Below, piece after piece: positions 1 to 8,056 of a DNA stretch of 16,476 nucleotides. Source of the DNA: Candidatus Aegiribacteria sp. (lineage in GTDB: Bacteria; Fermentibacterota; Fermentibacteria; Fermentibacterales; JCC-6). Position numbers and translations under genes: made by a program. The notes beneath the pieces are model-generated. The model did not search any database and was not told the DNA's origin. It was given only the letters and a program-made list of their open reading frames with translations. Numbering within the stretch: position 1 is the first letter of the stretch; every line of letters begins with the position of its first letter. Location: positions 1 through 16,476 of the forward strand of contig JAWOBF010000127.1 of assembly GCA_046498225.1 (NCBI GenBank), written 5' to 3'.

Positions 1-963
1 CCGGTCCCCCGGAACCTGGACTCCCTGCCCTTCCCGGCCAGGGATGCGGTGGACTACGACTCGTACCTGAGGGAGGGAATGTCCGAGTACGGAATGGTCA
101 CCACCAGGGGGTGCCCCTTCAAATGCATATACTGCAAGCCGAGCACCGACCTGATATTCGGAGGCAGCATCAGGTACCGCAGCGCAGAGAACGTGGTGGA
201 GGAAGCGGCGGAACTGGCCCGGTTGAGGTCCACCGACAGCCTGCCGGTCTTCTTCAAGGACGATACAATCACAATGCACCCCACAAGCTGGTTCGAGACA
301 CTTCGGGACCTTCTTCGGGAGCGGGGCCTGCGGCTGTGCTGGCACTGCAACAGCAGGGTGGATACGGTCACCAGGGACAAGGTGCGGGTCATGGCGGAGA
401 GCGGATGCCACTGCATCTCCTTCGGGGTGGAGAGCGGAAGCCAGAAAATACTGGACTTCTACCGCAAGGGAACAACGCCTGAACAGGCGGAGAAGGCTTT
501 CGAATGGTGCCATGAATTCGGCGTGGAGGCTACGGCCAACCTGATGATAGGATTTCCCATGGAGAAGGAGGAGGACCTCAGGGCCACCTACGAACACCTA
601 AAGAGAATAAAGCCGGACGACATAATCGTGTATCTCTCCACCGCCATTCCCGGCAGGTACATACACGACTGGGCCAGGGAGAACGGCTACCTGGCCAGCG
701 ATACAAATCCCGAACTTCTCGACCCTGCCCGGAACCGGGCATGCGAAGTGATGAACATGCGCCTTCCCTTCCTGTCCCTGGACGACGTGATAAGCTGGAA
801 GAGAAGGATAGAGAGGTACCGCAGCTGGAGGAAGCTAACCAGCTACGACAATCTGAGGGACTGGGCGTCGGAGCTGGCCCAGCACCCGGGGTCGGCGGCC
901 CGGAAGGCCTTCAGGGTTGTGCGGGGCCTGGGTGGAAAGGGAGAGGACTTCAGGGACAGGTAA
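1..963 (+). CDS. Radical SAM protein, probably B12-binding/class B type (5'-truncated by window edge)
   Basis: Frame is open from base 1 (PVPRNLDSLPFPARDAVDY...). Contains the CxxxCxxC motif TRGCPFKCIYC, plus FKDDT and GVESGSQKIL. The NLDSLPFPARD linker is typical of cobalamin-dependent radical SAM proteins, but the B12 domain itself would lie upstream of the window. Confidence 0.85.
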   Translation, partial: PVPRNLDSLPFPARDAVDYDSYLREGMSEYGMVTTRGCPFKCIYCKPSTDLIFGGSIRYRSAENVVEEAAELARLRSTDSLPVFFKDDTITMHPTSWFETLRDLLRERGLRLCWHCNSRVDTVTRDKVRVMAESGCHCISFGVESGSQKILDFYRKGTTPEQAEKAFEWCHEFGVEATANLMIGFPMEKEEDLRATYEHLKRIKPDDIIVYLSTAIPGRYIHDWARENGYLASDTNPELLDPARNRACEVMNMRLPFLSLDDVISWKRRIERYRSWRKLTSYDNLRDWASELAQHPGSAARKAFRVVRGLGGKGEDFRDR

Positions 964-985
964 CTTTCCGTATCCCTATAAGAAG

Positions 986-1009
986 ACCGCCCGGCTCGTG
1001 CCGGGCGGT
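986..1009. terminator. GC-rich hairpin between convergent genes, probable (bidirectional) terminator
   Basis: Perfect 10-bp stem ACCGCCCGGC / GCCGGGCGGT with a TCGT loop, between stops at 963 (+) and 1040 (-). U-tracts are weak. Confidence 0.6.
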
Positions 1010-1039
1010 GACTCTATCTGCTTTACTTGATTTGAGCCG

Positions 1040-1477
1040 CTATTCCTCCAGGATATCGCAGAAGAACACCAGGAACACGGCAATTCTCTGCAGCATGTCC
1101 TCATGCGTGCCGTCAGCGTAGAGTATCTCCTGGAAACGGGCGTTCTCCACGGTGCCGTCGCGCTGGATCTCCGCCACCTTCATGAAGCTCTCGTCCGTCA
1201 GTCTTCCGTTCTGGTTCAGAGTGTAAAGATCGTTGTAGTCCTCGTCCTCTATATTGCCGTCCTCATCGATATATCCGAGGGTATGGAAGGAATCGTCCTC
1301 GATCCTTCCGTCCTCCCTGATATATCCCATTATCTGGAAGGTGGCATTTTCTATTCTTCCGTTATCCCTTATGTAAGCAACTGTGGCGAAATGGCTGTCC
1401 TCAAGCCTGATGTCGCCGGCCATGGTCGAGGACGCGAAAAGAGCCGTCAGAGCAAGTGTTATAAGTAGGTTCTTCAT
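1040..1477 (-). CDS. Secreted acidic 17-aa tandem-repeat protein (beta-flower-like repeat family)
   Basis: Likely start is ATG at 1477 (MKNLLITLALTALFASSTMA, a signal peptide) with purine-rich GGAAAGGGGG upstream. About six repeats of GxIEDxxFxxxGYIxxD and a hydrophobic C-terminal helix (IAVFLVFF). Confidence 0.75.
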   Translation of the reverse strand: MKNLLITLALTALFASSTMAGDIRLEDSHFATVAYIRDNGRIENATFQIMGYIREDGRIEDDSFHTLGYIDEDGNIEDEDYNDLYTLNQNGRLTDESFMKVAEIQRDGTVENARFQEILYADGTHEDMLQRIAVFLVFFCDILEE

Positions 1478-1534
1478 AAGAACCCCCTTTCCGGTTATAC
1501 ATATGCTTAACCCGAAAGTGAGGAATGTCAAGTA

Positions 1535-2635
1535 ATGACCTGGCTTCTGGCTATATTATTATCATTATCAGTTTTATCAAACGATTCCATAGATCTGAAC
1601 ACGGCGGACGAGAATCTCCTGGGGACCATTCCGGGCATAGGGCAGGTCAGTGCGTCGGCCATCGTGGAGCACCGGAGTATCTTCGGTCCCTTCTTCCATC
1701 TGTCCGAGCTTGAATACGTGACCGGCGTCGGAGGCGGCACCCTGGGCATTCTGGAGGAACATGTCTTCATCGACCCCGCTGTTCGAACCGGTCCGGACAG
1801 CGCTCACTGGCTTCAGAGGGTGGACTCCCTGGCGCCTCTGCTGGAGGTCTGCTTCCTGGACGTGGGACAGGGGGACGCGGTTCTGGTCAGAACTGAAGGC
1901 GGAAAGACCCTTCTTTTCGACGGGGGGCCCGACCCGGGAGGAGCGCTGGAGCCTCCGGTGGTCTTCCGGCTGAGAGAGCTGGGTGTGGACAGGATAGATA
2001 TCCTGGCGTTCTCCCATCCACACGCTGACCACATCGGCGGGCTGGCGGCCGTTCTGAGGAACTTCACCGTAGGGGATGTGCTGGACCCGGGCATGGTTTT
2101 CTCCTCGTGGGTCTACGAGGAACTTCTGAGTACGGTGGCTGAAATTGAGTGCGGCTACGGACTGCTGAGTGACGGAATGGAGATACGCCTGTCCCCGGAT
2201 GTACAGGTCGCCGTGGAATCCAGGGGTGTGGAGGGCACGAACCTGGACATGAACGAAAACTCCGCCATTCTGAGAATAACCTGCGGCGGCTTCTCGGTGC
2301 TGCTCACCGGCGACATCGAGGAGAGGACGGAGATGCTCCTCACACCGGAGACACTGCCGGTCACCGTGCTGAAGGTTCCTCACCACGGCAGCCTTTCCTC
2401 GGCATTCCCGCCCTATCTGAGAAAACTCGCTCCCCAGGCAGCCGTTTTCTCCGCCGGCAGGAGGAACCGCTTCGGTCATCCCCATCCCGCGGTTGTGGAG
2501 ATGTACCGGGACATGGGCTGCGCAATCTTGCGGACGGACGAACAGGGGACTATTGTTGTCCAGTCTGACGGAGAGGTTTTCAGTATATCGACCGTAACGG
2601 CGGAATACCGGCCTGGGGATGACATTGAACATTAG
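1535..2635 (+). CDS. Signal peptide + ComEA-like helix-hairpin-helix domain fused to a ComEC/Rec2-type metallo-beta-lactamase-fold hydrolase
   Basis: N-terminal hydrophobic leader. HhH: IDLNTA...IPGIG...AIVEHR...GPF...VTGVG. MBL motifs: FLDVGQGDA, SHPHADHIGG, NENS, LLTGDIE, LKVPHHGS, NRFGHPH, RTDEQG. GAGGA RBS at 1520-1524. Confidence 0.88.
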   Translation: MTWLLAILLSLSVLSNDSIDLNTADENLLGTIPGIGQVSASAIVEHRSIFGPFFHLSELEYVTGVGGGTLGILEEHVFIDPAVRTGPDSAHWLQRVDSLAPLLEVCFLDVGQGDAVLVRTEGGKTLLFDGGPDPGGALEPPVVFRLRELGVDRIDILAFSHPHADHIGGLAAVLRNFTVGDVLDPGMVFSSWVYEELLSTVAEIECGYGLLSDGMEIRLSPDVQVAVESRGVEGTNLDMNENSAILRITCGGFSVLLTGDIEERTEMLLTPETLPVTVLKVPHHGSLSSAFPPYLRKLAPQAAVFSAGRRNRFGHPHPAVVEMYRDMGCAILRTDEQGTIVVQSDGEVFSISTVTAEYRPGDDIEH

Positions 2636-3569
2636 AACGAAGCTGGCACCCTACCTCTACATTCTACCGGCACTGATAATCGTGCTGGTTTTCCGAACCC
2701 TTCCCATCATCAGCTCCTTCACCGCGTCCTTCACCGATTACGACATAGGCGGTTTCCACGGCTTCGTGGGCATGGACAACTACGGCCGGATGCTGACGGA
2801 CGCCCGTTTCTGGCAGAGCGTTCTCAACACCGTCTATTTCGTTCTGGGAGTGGTTCCGGCCAGCATCATACTCCCTCTCCTGCTGGCCGTACTGCTTCGC
2901 CGGAAACTGGCGGGGAAGGGCTTCTACAGGACCATATACTTCCTTCCGGTGGTTACTTCCGCCGTGGCTATCTCCGTTGTGTGGTCCTGGCTCTTCAACC
3001 CCGAAGCCGGCCCCATCAACCAGGTCATCACCACCCTGGGAGGCCAGCCCCTGCAGTGGCTTCGGGAGCCGAGAGGAGTTTTCGAGATGATGCTCTCCCC
3101 TCTCGGAATACACCCGAAGGGGATACTGGCGGGGCCCAGCCTCGCCCTGGTCTCACTGATGATAGTCAGCGTCTGGAAGAGCACCGGCTACAACACCGTG
3201 CTGTTCCTGGCGGGGCTGGAGAACATCCCCGAGACCTACTACGAGGCCGCGAAACTGGACGGAGCGGGAAAATGGGGCACATTCCGCCATATCACCTGGC
3301 CCATGCTGTCGCCGACGACTTACTACGTGCTCATAATGAGCACCATAATCTCCTTCAAGACATTCGCCCTGGTGTACGTGATGACCCCTCCCCCCGGGGG
3401 AGGCCCGCTGGGAACCACGAACGTCATCGTGTTCTATCTGTTCCAGAAAGCTTTTGACCGATTCGATATAGGTTACGCCAGCGCCATCTCGGTGTTCCTC
3501 TTTCTCATCCTTCTCACTCTTACCATCATCCAGCGGAAGGTGGCTGGTAGAAGGGTGCATTACTCCTGA
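2619..3569 (+). CDS. Carbohydrate ABC transporter permease (MalF/UgpA family)
   Basis: Multiple TM segments; EAA loop YYEAAKLDGAGKWGTFRHITWPML; family motifs YRTIYFLPVV and GYASAIS. Confidence 0.92.
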   Translation: MTLNIRTKLAPYLYILPALIIVLVFRTLPIISSFTASFTDYDIGGFHGFVGMDNYGRMLTDARFWQSVLNTVYFVLGVVPASIILPLLLAVLLRRKLAGKGFYRTIYFLPVVTSAVAISVVWSWLFNPEAGPINQVITTLGGQPLQWLREPRGVFEMMLSPLGIHPKGILAGPSLALVSLMIVSVWKSTGYNTVLFLAGLENIPETYYEAAKLDGAGKWGTFRHITWPMLSPTTYYVLIMSTIISFKTFALVYVMTPPPGGGPLGTTNVIVFYLFQKAFDRFDIGYASAISVFLFLILLTLTIIQRKVAGRRVHYS

Positions 3570-4357
3570 TGAGCATGGATCCCAGGTCGACGGCCCTTAA
3601 CCTGGGCAAACATTTCCTTCTCATCCTGGGCGGCCTGATAATGCTGCTGCCGTTCCTGTGGATGGTGAACACCTCGCTTCAGCAGGGCGGACTGTCCAAC
3701 TACGTCGAGGCCTGGACGAAGGTCCCCTTCGGAAGGTATTTCCTCAACACCCTTATCGTTACGGTCCTGACCCTGGCAGGGGTTCTGGTGACATCCTCCC
3801 TGGCGGCCTACGCCTTCGCCACCATGAAATTCCCCGGCAGGAGCATGCTCTTTCTGCTTTTCCTCTCCACCATGATGGTTCCCCAGCCGGTATATCTCGC
3901 CCCCTCCTACGTTATCCTCTCCAAGCTGGGCTGGATAAACACCTACATGGCGCTGATAGTCCCGTGGACGGCCAACGTCTTCACGGTATTCCTGCTGAGG
4001 CAGCATTTCAGGACCATTCCCAGAACCCTGTACGAGGCGGCAATCCTCGACGGCTGCGGAAGGCTCAGGTACCTCTGGAAGGTGGTCCTCCCTCTCTCCA
4101 AATCCGTGCTCATCACGGTTATTCTCTTCAACGTCATCGGCTCCTGGAACAGCTTCATGTGGCCCCTGGTCGTCACGCATTCAGAGGAACTCAGAGTTCT
4201 TCAGGTGGGCCTTTCGTATTTCAACCAGGAGCAGTCCAGCAATTTCCATCTGCTGATGGCGGCTTCCACATTCTCCACCATGCCGCTGATACTCCTGTTC
4301 CTGGCGGCCCAGAAACGGATAGTGGCCAGCTACACCAGGTCGGGAATAAAGGACTGA
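3569..4357 (+). CDS. Carbohydrate ABC transporter permease (MalG/UgpE family)
   Basis: EAA loop LYEAAILDGCGRLRYLWKVVLPLSK; motifs LAAYAFA and WNSFMWPLVV. TGATG overlap with the upstream permease; alternative start ATG at 3575. Confidence 0.92.
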   Translation: MSMDPRSTALNLGKHFLLILGGLIMLLPFLWMVNTSLQQGGLSNYVEAWTKVPFGRYFLNTLIVTVLTLAGVLVTSSLAAYAFATMKFPGRSMLFLLFLSTMMVPQPVYLAPSYVILSKLGWINTYMALIVPWTANVFTVFLLRQHFRTIPRTLYEAAILDGCGRLRYLWKVVLPLSKSVLITVILFNVIGSWNSFMWPLVVTHSEELRVLQVGLSYFNQEQSSNFHLLMAASTFSTMPLILLFLAAQKRIVASYTRSGIKD

Positions 4358-4359
4358 TC

Positions 4360-4794
4360 TTGGGACGCATTCTTCTGCTGACCGTTCTTGCATCGTTTTC
4401 ATACGCCTGGGGCAGCGGCCTGCATTCGGAGGCGACAGCCTTCCTGGAGCGGCTCTATTCCCAGGGTCATACATGCGTCGCGATGAAGGGGCTCGAACTG
4501 AACCTTATGGAACCGTGCACCGTAGCCGTCTACCCGCCGGAGAAGACATGCGGCGAAGGTATCTACGCGGCCCTGGGCGGGAACAATATCCTGGATCTCG
4601 GTCTAAGACTGGAGGGAGACGGCTGGTTCATCGAGGACAGCCTGCCGGATGACGTTCCCGTTCTGAGAGTGGACCACGTTCAGATAGCGGATGGAAGAAG
4701 GCTGATAGTAACGGCTCGTGACATGATCCGGGGGGCCATGACTGACAGTGTGACGGTCATCTGGGCATTCTCCCCCGTTGACCGGCACCGATAA
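4360..4794 (+). CDS. Hypothetical secreted protein (about 144 aa)
   Basis: The real gene is the 3' part of ORF 3658..4794. TTG start at 4360 after AAAGGA; signal-peptide-like MGRILLLTVLASFSYAWG; it fills the gap between the permease and the PorV-like gene. Confidence 0.7.
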   Translation: MGRILLLTVLASFSYAWGSGLHSEATAFLERLYSQGHTCVAMKGLELNLMEPCTVAVYPPEKTCGEGIYAALGGNNILDLGLRLEGDGWFIEDSLPDDVPVLRVDHVQIADGRRLIVTARDMIRGAMTDSVTVIWAFSPVDRHR

Positions 4795-4806
4795 ACGAAA
4801 TAGTCT
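4778..4806 (+). promoter_or_regulatory. Putative sigma70-type promoter
   Basis: TTGACC (4778-4783), 17-bp spacer, TAGTCT (4801-4806), at the AT-rich gap upstream of the PorV-like gene. Confidence 0.5.
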
Positions 4807-4843
4807 ATACGTTATTGGAATGAATTCGAAACGGAGAACAGTG

Positions 4844-5752
4844 ATGAAGATAACAGTGGCAGCGGTGCTGCTTGCAGTGATGACGGCCCCGGTAATGGCA
4901 GGCACGGCCGGTTTTGCCTTCCTTCAGGTACCCGCCGGCGCCAGGGCGGTATCCATGGGCGGAGCTTTCACGGCTGTTCCCGGAGACCCCATGGGGCTCT
5001 ACTGGAACCCGGCTACCCTCACCGGAATGCAGCGGCAGATGTTCACTTCCACCTACACCGGATACCTGATGGACATGCAGGCCGGTTTCGCGGGCTGGGT
5101 CAACCCCTCGGGTGACGATATGGTGGGAGTATCCGTCAATTATTTCTACGGTGGAAGCTTCACCAGAACCACCATGAGCAGTCCCACCGGTACCGGAGAG
5201 GAGTTCAGCACCAGCAGCGTCGCCCTGGGAGGCACCTACGCCCACAGCTTCGGCCCCGCCCTCTCCGTGGGAACAACGGCGAAATTCGTATACTCCAGCA
5301 TAGATACATACAGCGGAAACGCCTTCCTGGTAGACGTTGGAGCCTGGTACAAGCCCTCGATGGTATCCCTGGGCCTTGCGGTACGGAACGCCGGTATACA
5401 GACCAAGGCCTTCTACCAGGAGAACGACCCTGTCCCCACAGAGATAGCTGCTGGCGCCTCCGCGACTTTCCTCGACAACAGTCTTCTGGTCGCGGTTGAC
5501 GCCTGCTACCCCTTCCAGGGAGAGTTCAACGCGGCCGCGGGTGTCGAATATTTGCCCATGGAGATGCTGGCCCTGAGGGCGGGGGGTAACCTGCGTGACA
5601 TGGACGCCGCGGACAACGCCGGCGGAGGTTTTTTCGACGCGCTGGCTTTCGGCGCGGGAACCGGATGGAACAGTCTGTCCTTTGATTACGCCTTCAAACC
5701 CTTCGCGGACCTGGGCAGCATTCACAGATTCAGTCTCGGTATCGATCTGTGA
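4844..5752 (+). CDS. PorV/PorQ-family (UPF0164-like) outer-membrane beta-barrel protein
   Basis: Signal peptide MKITVAAVLLAVMTAPVMA. Hallmark FLQVPAGARAVSMGGAFTA...GLYWNPA; amphipathic beta strands; C-terminal FDYAF...LGSIHRFSLGIDL. GGAG RBS at 4833-4836 supports a start at 4844 (or GTG 4841). Confidence 0.85.
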   Translation: MKITVAAVLLAVMTAPVMAGTAGFAFLQVPAGARAVSMGGAFTAVPGDPMGLYWNPATLTGMQRQMFTSTYTGYLMDMQAGFAGWVNPSGDDMVGVSVNYFYGGSFTRTTMSSPTGTGEEFSTSSVALGGTYAHSFGPALSVGTTAKFVYSSIDTYSGNAFLVDVGAWYKPSMVSLGLAVRNAGIQTKAFYQENDPVPTEIAAGASATFLDNSLLVAVDACYPFQGEFNAAAGVEYLPMEMLALRAGGNLRDMDAADNAGGGFFDALAFGAGTGWNSLSFDYAFKPFADLGSIHRFSLGIDL

Positions 5753-6096
5753 CTTCTGTCCCTCTGGCGGTCCTGCTCGCATCCGGAATCCTGGCGCTGT
5801 CTTCCTGTGACAGGGAAACCCGGGTGGAGAGCCGCCGGCAAAGGCTGGACACTTTCCGTGAATGCATGCCGGACAGTCTCAGGGAGAGTTTCGACGCCAT
5901 TTCCGGCGAGGACGACTGCTCAGCCGTGGCCATCATGATGGAGAGGGCATTGGCCGATTCCCCGGCTTTTGCGGCGAAGCTGGACTCCATCGTGCACGCC
6001 GAGCTGATAGACACGTTCACGGCGGAAGAAATAGTATATTTTTTCTGGTATTATTTTGACTACGCCATCGAGACAGGCTCCGTGAGAGGACCCTGA
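5749..6096 (+). CDS. Hypothetical lipoprotein
   Basis: GTGA overlap with the upstream stop. Hydrophobic leader ending in the lipobox-like LSSC; predicted helical acidic mature part. Confidence 0.7.
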   Translation: MTSVPLAVLLASGILALSSCDRETRVESRRQRLDTFRECMPDSLRESFDAISGEDDCSAVAIMMERALADSPAFAAKLDSIVHAELIDTFTAEEIVYFFWYYFDYAIETGSVRGP

Positions 6097-6133
6097 AGGG
6101 AGGCTTGTCCGGTCACCGCCGACCGGGTACGAA

Positions 6134-6658
6134 TTGAACACTGAAGCCCAGCCCGTCAGCACCATGTTACTTGGCCTGGGGAACCCTATTCTGGGCGATG
6201 ACGGCATAGGCTGCCGGGTGGCGGAACTTGTGAATGAGATACTGGGCCCGACAAAGGGTCTGAAGGTGCTCTCCGCTTCGGTTTCCCCGGTTAGGCTGGT
6301 GGACCGGATATGCGAGTATTCCCGCCTGATAATCGTTGACTCGGTAACGACGGGTGAAGCCGGACCCGGGGAGCTGCTGGAGATAAGCTTCGCCCGGAAA
6401 GGCCCTGCGCCGCCTTCCGCTCACCATTTCTCCGTGGACCGGATACCGGAGATAGCGGAAGCCCTTTCCCTTCCCTGCCCCGGCGTCATTAAGATATACG
6501 GTATCGAGATAATCCCTCCGCGCGAATACGGTGACAGCCTGTCTCCCTCCCTTGAGCGGCTGCTTCCATCGCTGGCGGAGAAGTTGATCCAACTGGAACT
6601 GAAGGAATTCATGAACGGAGACTCCGTCATCCTGCCGAGAGGAGAATGTGCGGTATGA
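6134..6658 (+). CDS. [NiFe]-hydrogenase maturation endopeptidase (HybD/HycI family)
   Basis: GLGNPILGDDGIG, IIVDS and SAHH motifs; context upstream of a [NiFe]-hydrogenase. Start is uncertain (TTG 6134 or ATG 6164). Confidence 0.9.
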   Translation: MNTEAQPVSTMLLGLGNPILGDDGIGCRVAELVNEILGPTKGLKVLSASVSPVRLVDRICEYSRLIIVDSVTTGEAGPGELLEISFARKGPAPPSAHHFSVDRIPEIAEALSLPCPGVIKIYGIEIIPPREYGDSLSPSLERLLPSLAEKLIQLELKEFMNGDSVILPRGECAV

Positions 6659-7098
6659 ACGAAAAATCTGGTCTGGCTCCCCCGAAGAGCCCTCCGATCC
6701 GGCTGAACCGAAAAACAGTCAGCTCCGGATTCAAGAAGCGTGTCAACGAACTCAGCGGAGAGAACCTGGATGCCTGTTACCAGTGCGGCAACTGCTCTTC
6801 CGGATGCCCCCTGGCCCGGGAGATGGACATCCTGCCGAACAGGATAATGCGCCTCTCCCAGCTGGGTCTCAAGGAGGATGTCATCCACAGCGGAACACTC
6901 TGGATCTGCGCCAGCTGTTTCCAGTGCACCGTCCGATGTCCCAGGGGCATAGACATTCAGAGAGTTATAGACACCCTGAGGCAGATAGCCATGGACGAGG
7001 GTGTGGACCACTTCGGTCCGGACCAGATTGACCGGGACCAGGCAGCCTCGGTGCCTCAGCCGGGACTGGTAGGCGTTTACAGAAAGCTGTCAACCTAG
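6655..7098 (+). CDS. hdrC: Heterodisulfide reductase subunit C (2x[4Fe-4S])
   Basis: CYQCGNCSSGCP and WICASCFQCTVRCPRGID. ATG 6655 overlaps the protease stop (ATGA) and lies 10 nt from the GGAG RBS. Confidence 0.92.
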   Translation: MNEKSGLAPPKSPPIRLNRKTVSSGFKKRVNELSGENLDACYQCGNCSSGCPLAREMDILPNRIMRLSQLGLKEDVIHSGTLWICASCFQCTVRCPRGIDIQRVIDTLRQIAMDEGVDHFGPDQIDRDQAASVPQPGLVGVYRKLST

Positions 7099-7111
7099 AA
7101 CTGGAGGAAAC

Positions 7112-8056
7112 ATGGCCAAGGTCGCTTACTATCCGGGCTGTGCTCTCAAGGACAGGTCCTCCCATCTGGACCGTTCGGCCAGGGACTCGGCGATGAGGCT
7201 GGGATTCGAACTGGACGAGCTGGAAACCTGGACCTGCTGCGGAGCGGTTCCCCCGGTATCCGAAGAAAAAGTTATGAACCTCTTCGCCCCCTCCAGGATT
7301 CTCAAGGACGTGAGGGATTCCCGGCGGGATGTCCTTGTCACCATATGCGATTTCTGCTACAACACCCTCAAGCGGGCCAACTTCAGCATACGGTCGAACG
7401 AGATAATCAGGAAGAGGATAAACGCCTACCTGGCGGACGACGAACCGGAGAGGGACTACATAGAAAAACAGGAGACGCCCTGGGTGGATTACAATGGAGA
7501 GGTGCGGGTAGTGCATCTCATGGAGTACCTGCGCGACACCATCGGGTACGACAGAATGGCGGAGAGCCTTGAGAAGACCCTTTCAGGGCTGAAGATCGCC
7601 CCCTATTACGGCTGCGTGATGCTCAGGCCTCAGGATGAGATCCAGCTGGACGACCCGGAGAACCCCTCCATCATCGAGGATTTCGTGAAGGCTCTGGGGG
7701 CGGAGCCGGTGAGTTATCCCTACAGGACCGAATGCTGCGGGTCCTACCTCTCGGTCTCCAGTCCCGACGCATCCACAAGGTTGTGCAACAGGATACTGTC
7801 CTCCGCCGTGCAGCATGGCGCCGACGCCATGGTAATGAGCTGCCCCCTCTGCTTCTACAACCTTGATTCCAGACAGAAGGCCATCTCGGAGGCGTATCCG
7901 GATTTCAAGCCCATACCCGTCTTCTACTTCACGCAGCTGCTCTCGGTGGCCCTCGGGGTCCCGCGTGAGAACCAGGGGTTCGAGAGACACTACGTGGACG
8001 TTTCACCCGTTCTGGACAGGATCGGGGACGTTTCCGGAAAGGGGGCCGGCGAATGA
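7112..8056 (+). CDS. hdrB: Heterodisulfide reductase subunit B (two CCG domains)
   Basis: YYPGC...WTCCGA...CDFCY and YYGC...ECCGS...CPLCFYNL: both five-cysteine CCG sets are intact. GGAGG RBS. Confidence 0.93.
   Translation: MAKVAYYPGCALKDRSSHLDRSARDSAMRLGFELDELETWTCCGAVPPVSEEKVMNLFAPSRILKDVRDSRRDVLVTICDFCYNTLKRANFSIRSNEIIRKRINAYLADDEPERDYIEKQETPWVDYNGEVRVVHLMEYLRDTIGYDRMAESLEKTLSGLKIAPYYGCVMLRPQDEIQLDDPENPSIIEDFVKALGAEPVSYPYRTECCGSYLSVSSPDASTRLCNRILSSAVQHGADAMVMSCPLCFYNLDSRQKAISEAYPDFKPIPVFYFTQLLSVALGVPRENQGFERHYVDVSPVLDRIGDVSGKGAGE

Noticed and set aside
1495..1531. Minus-strand TTGACA (1531-1526) as promoter for the repeat protein
   Set aside because: No convincing TAnnnT -10 element at 16-18 bp spacing.
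1577..2632. 351-aa antisense ORF opposite the HhH-MBL gene (likewise 4805..5782, 11648..12460, 9085..9759, 7990..8670)
   Set aside because: Fully overlap well-supported + strand genes and show no recognisable domains.
3658..4359. N-terminal part of the 378-aa ORF 3658..4794
   Set aside because: Out-of-frame overlap with the ABC permease, with low-complexity R/P/G/H-rich translation. Only the part from TTG 4360 looks like a real protein.
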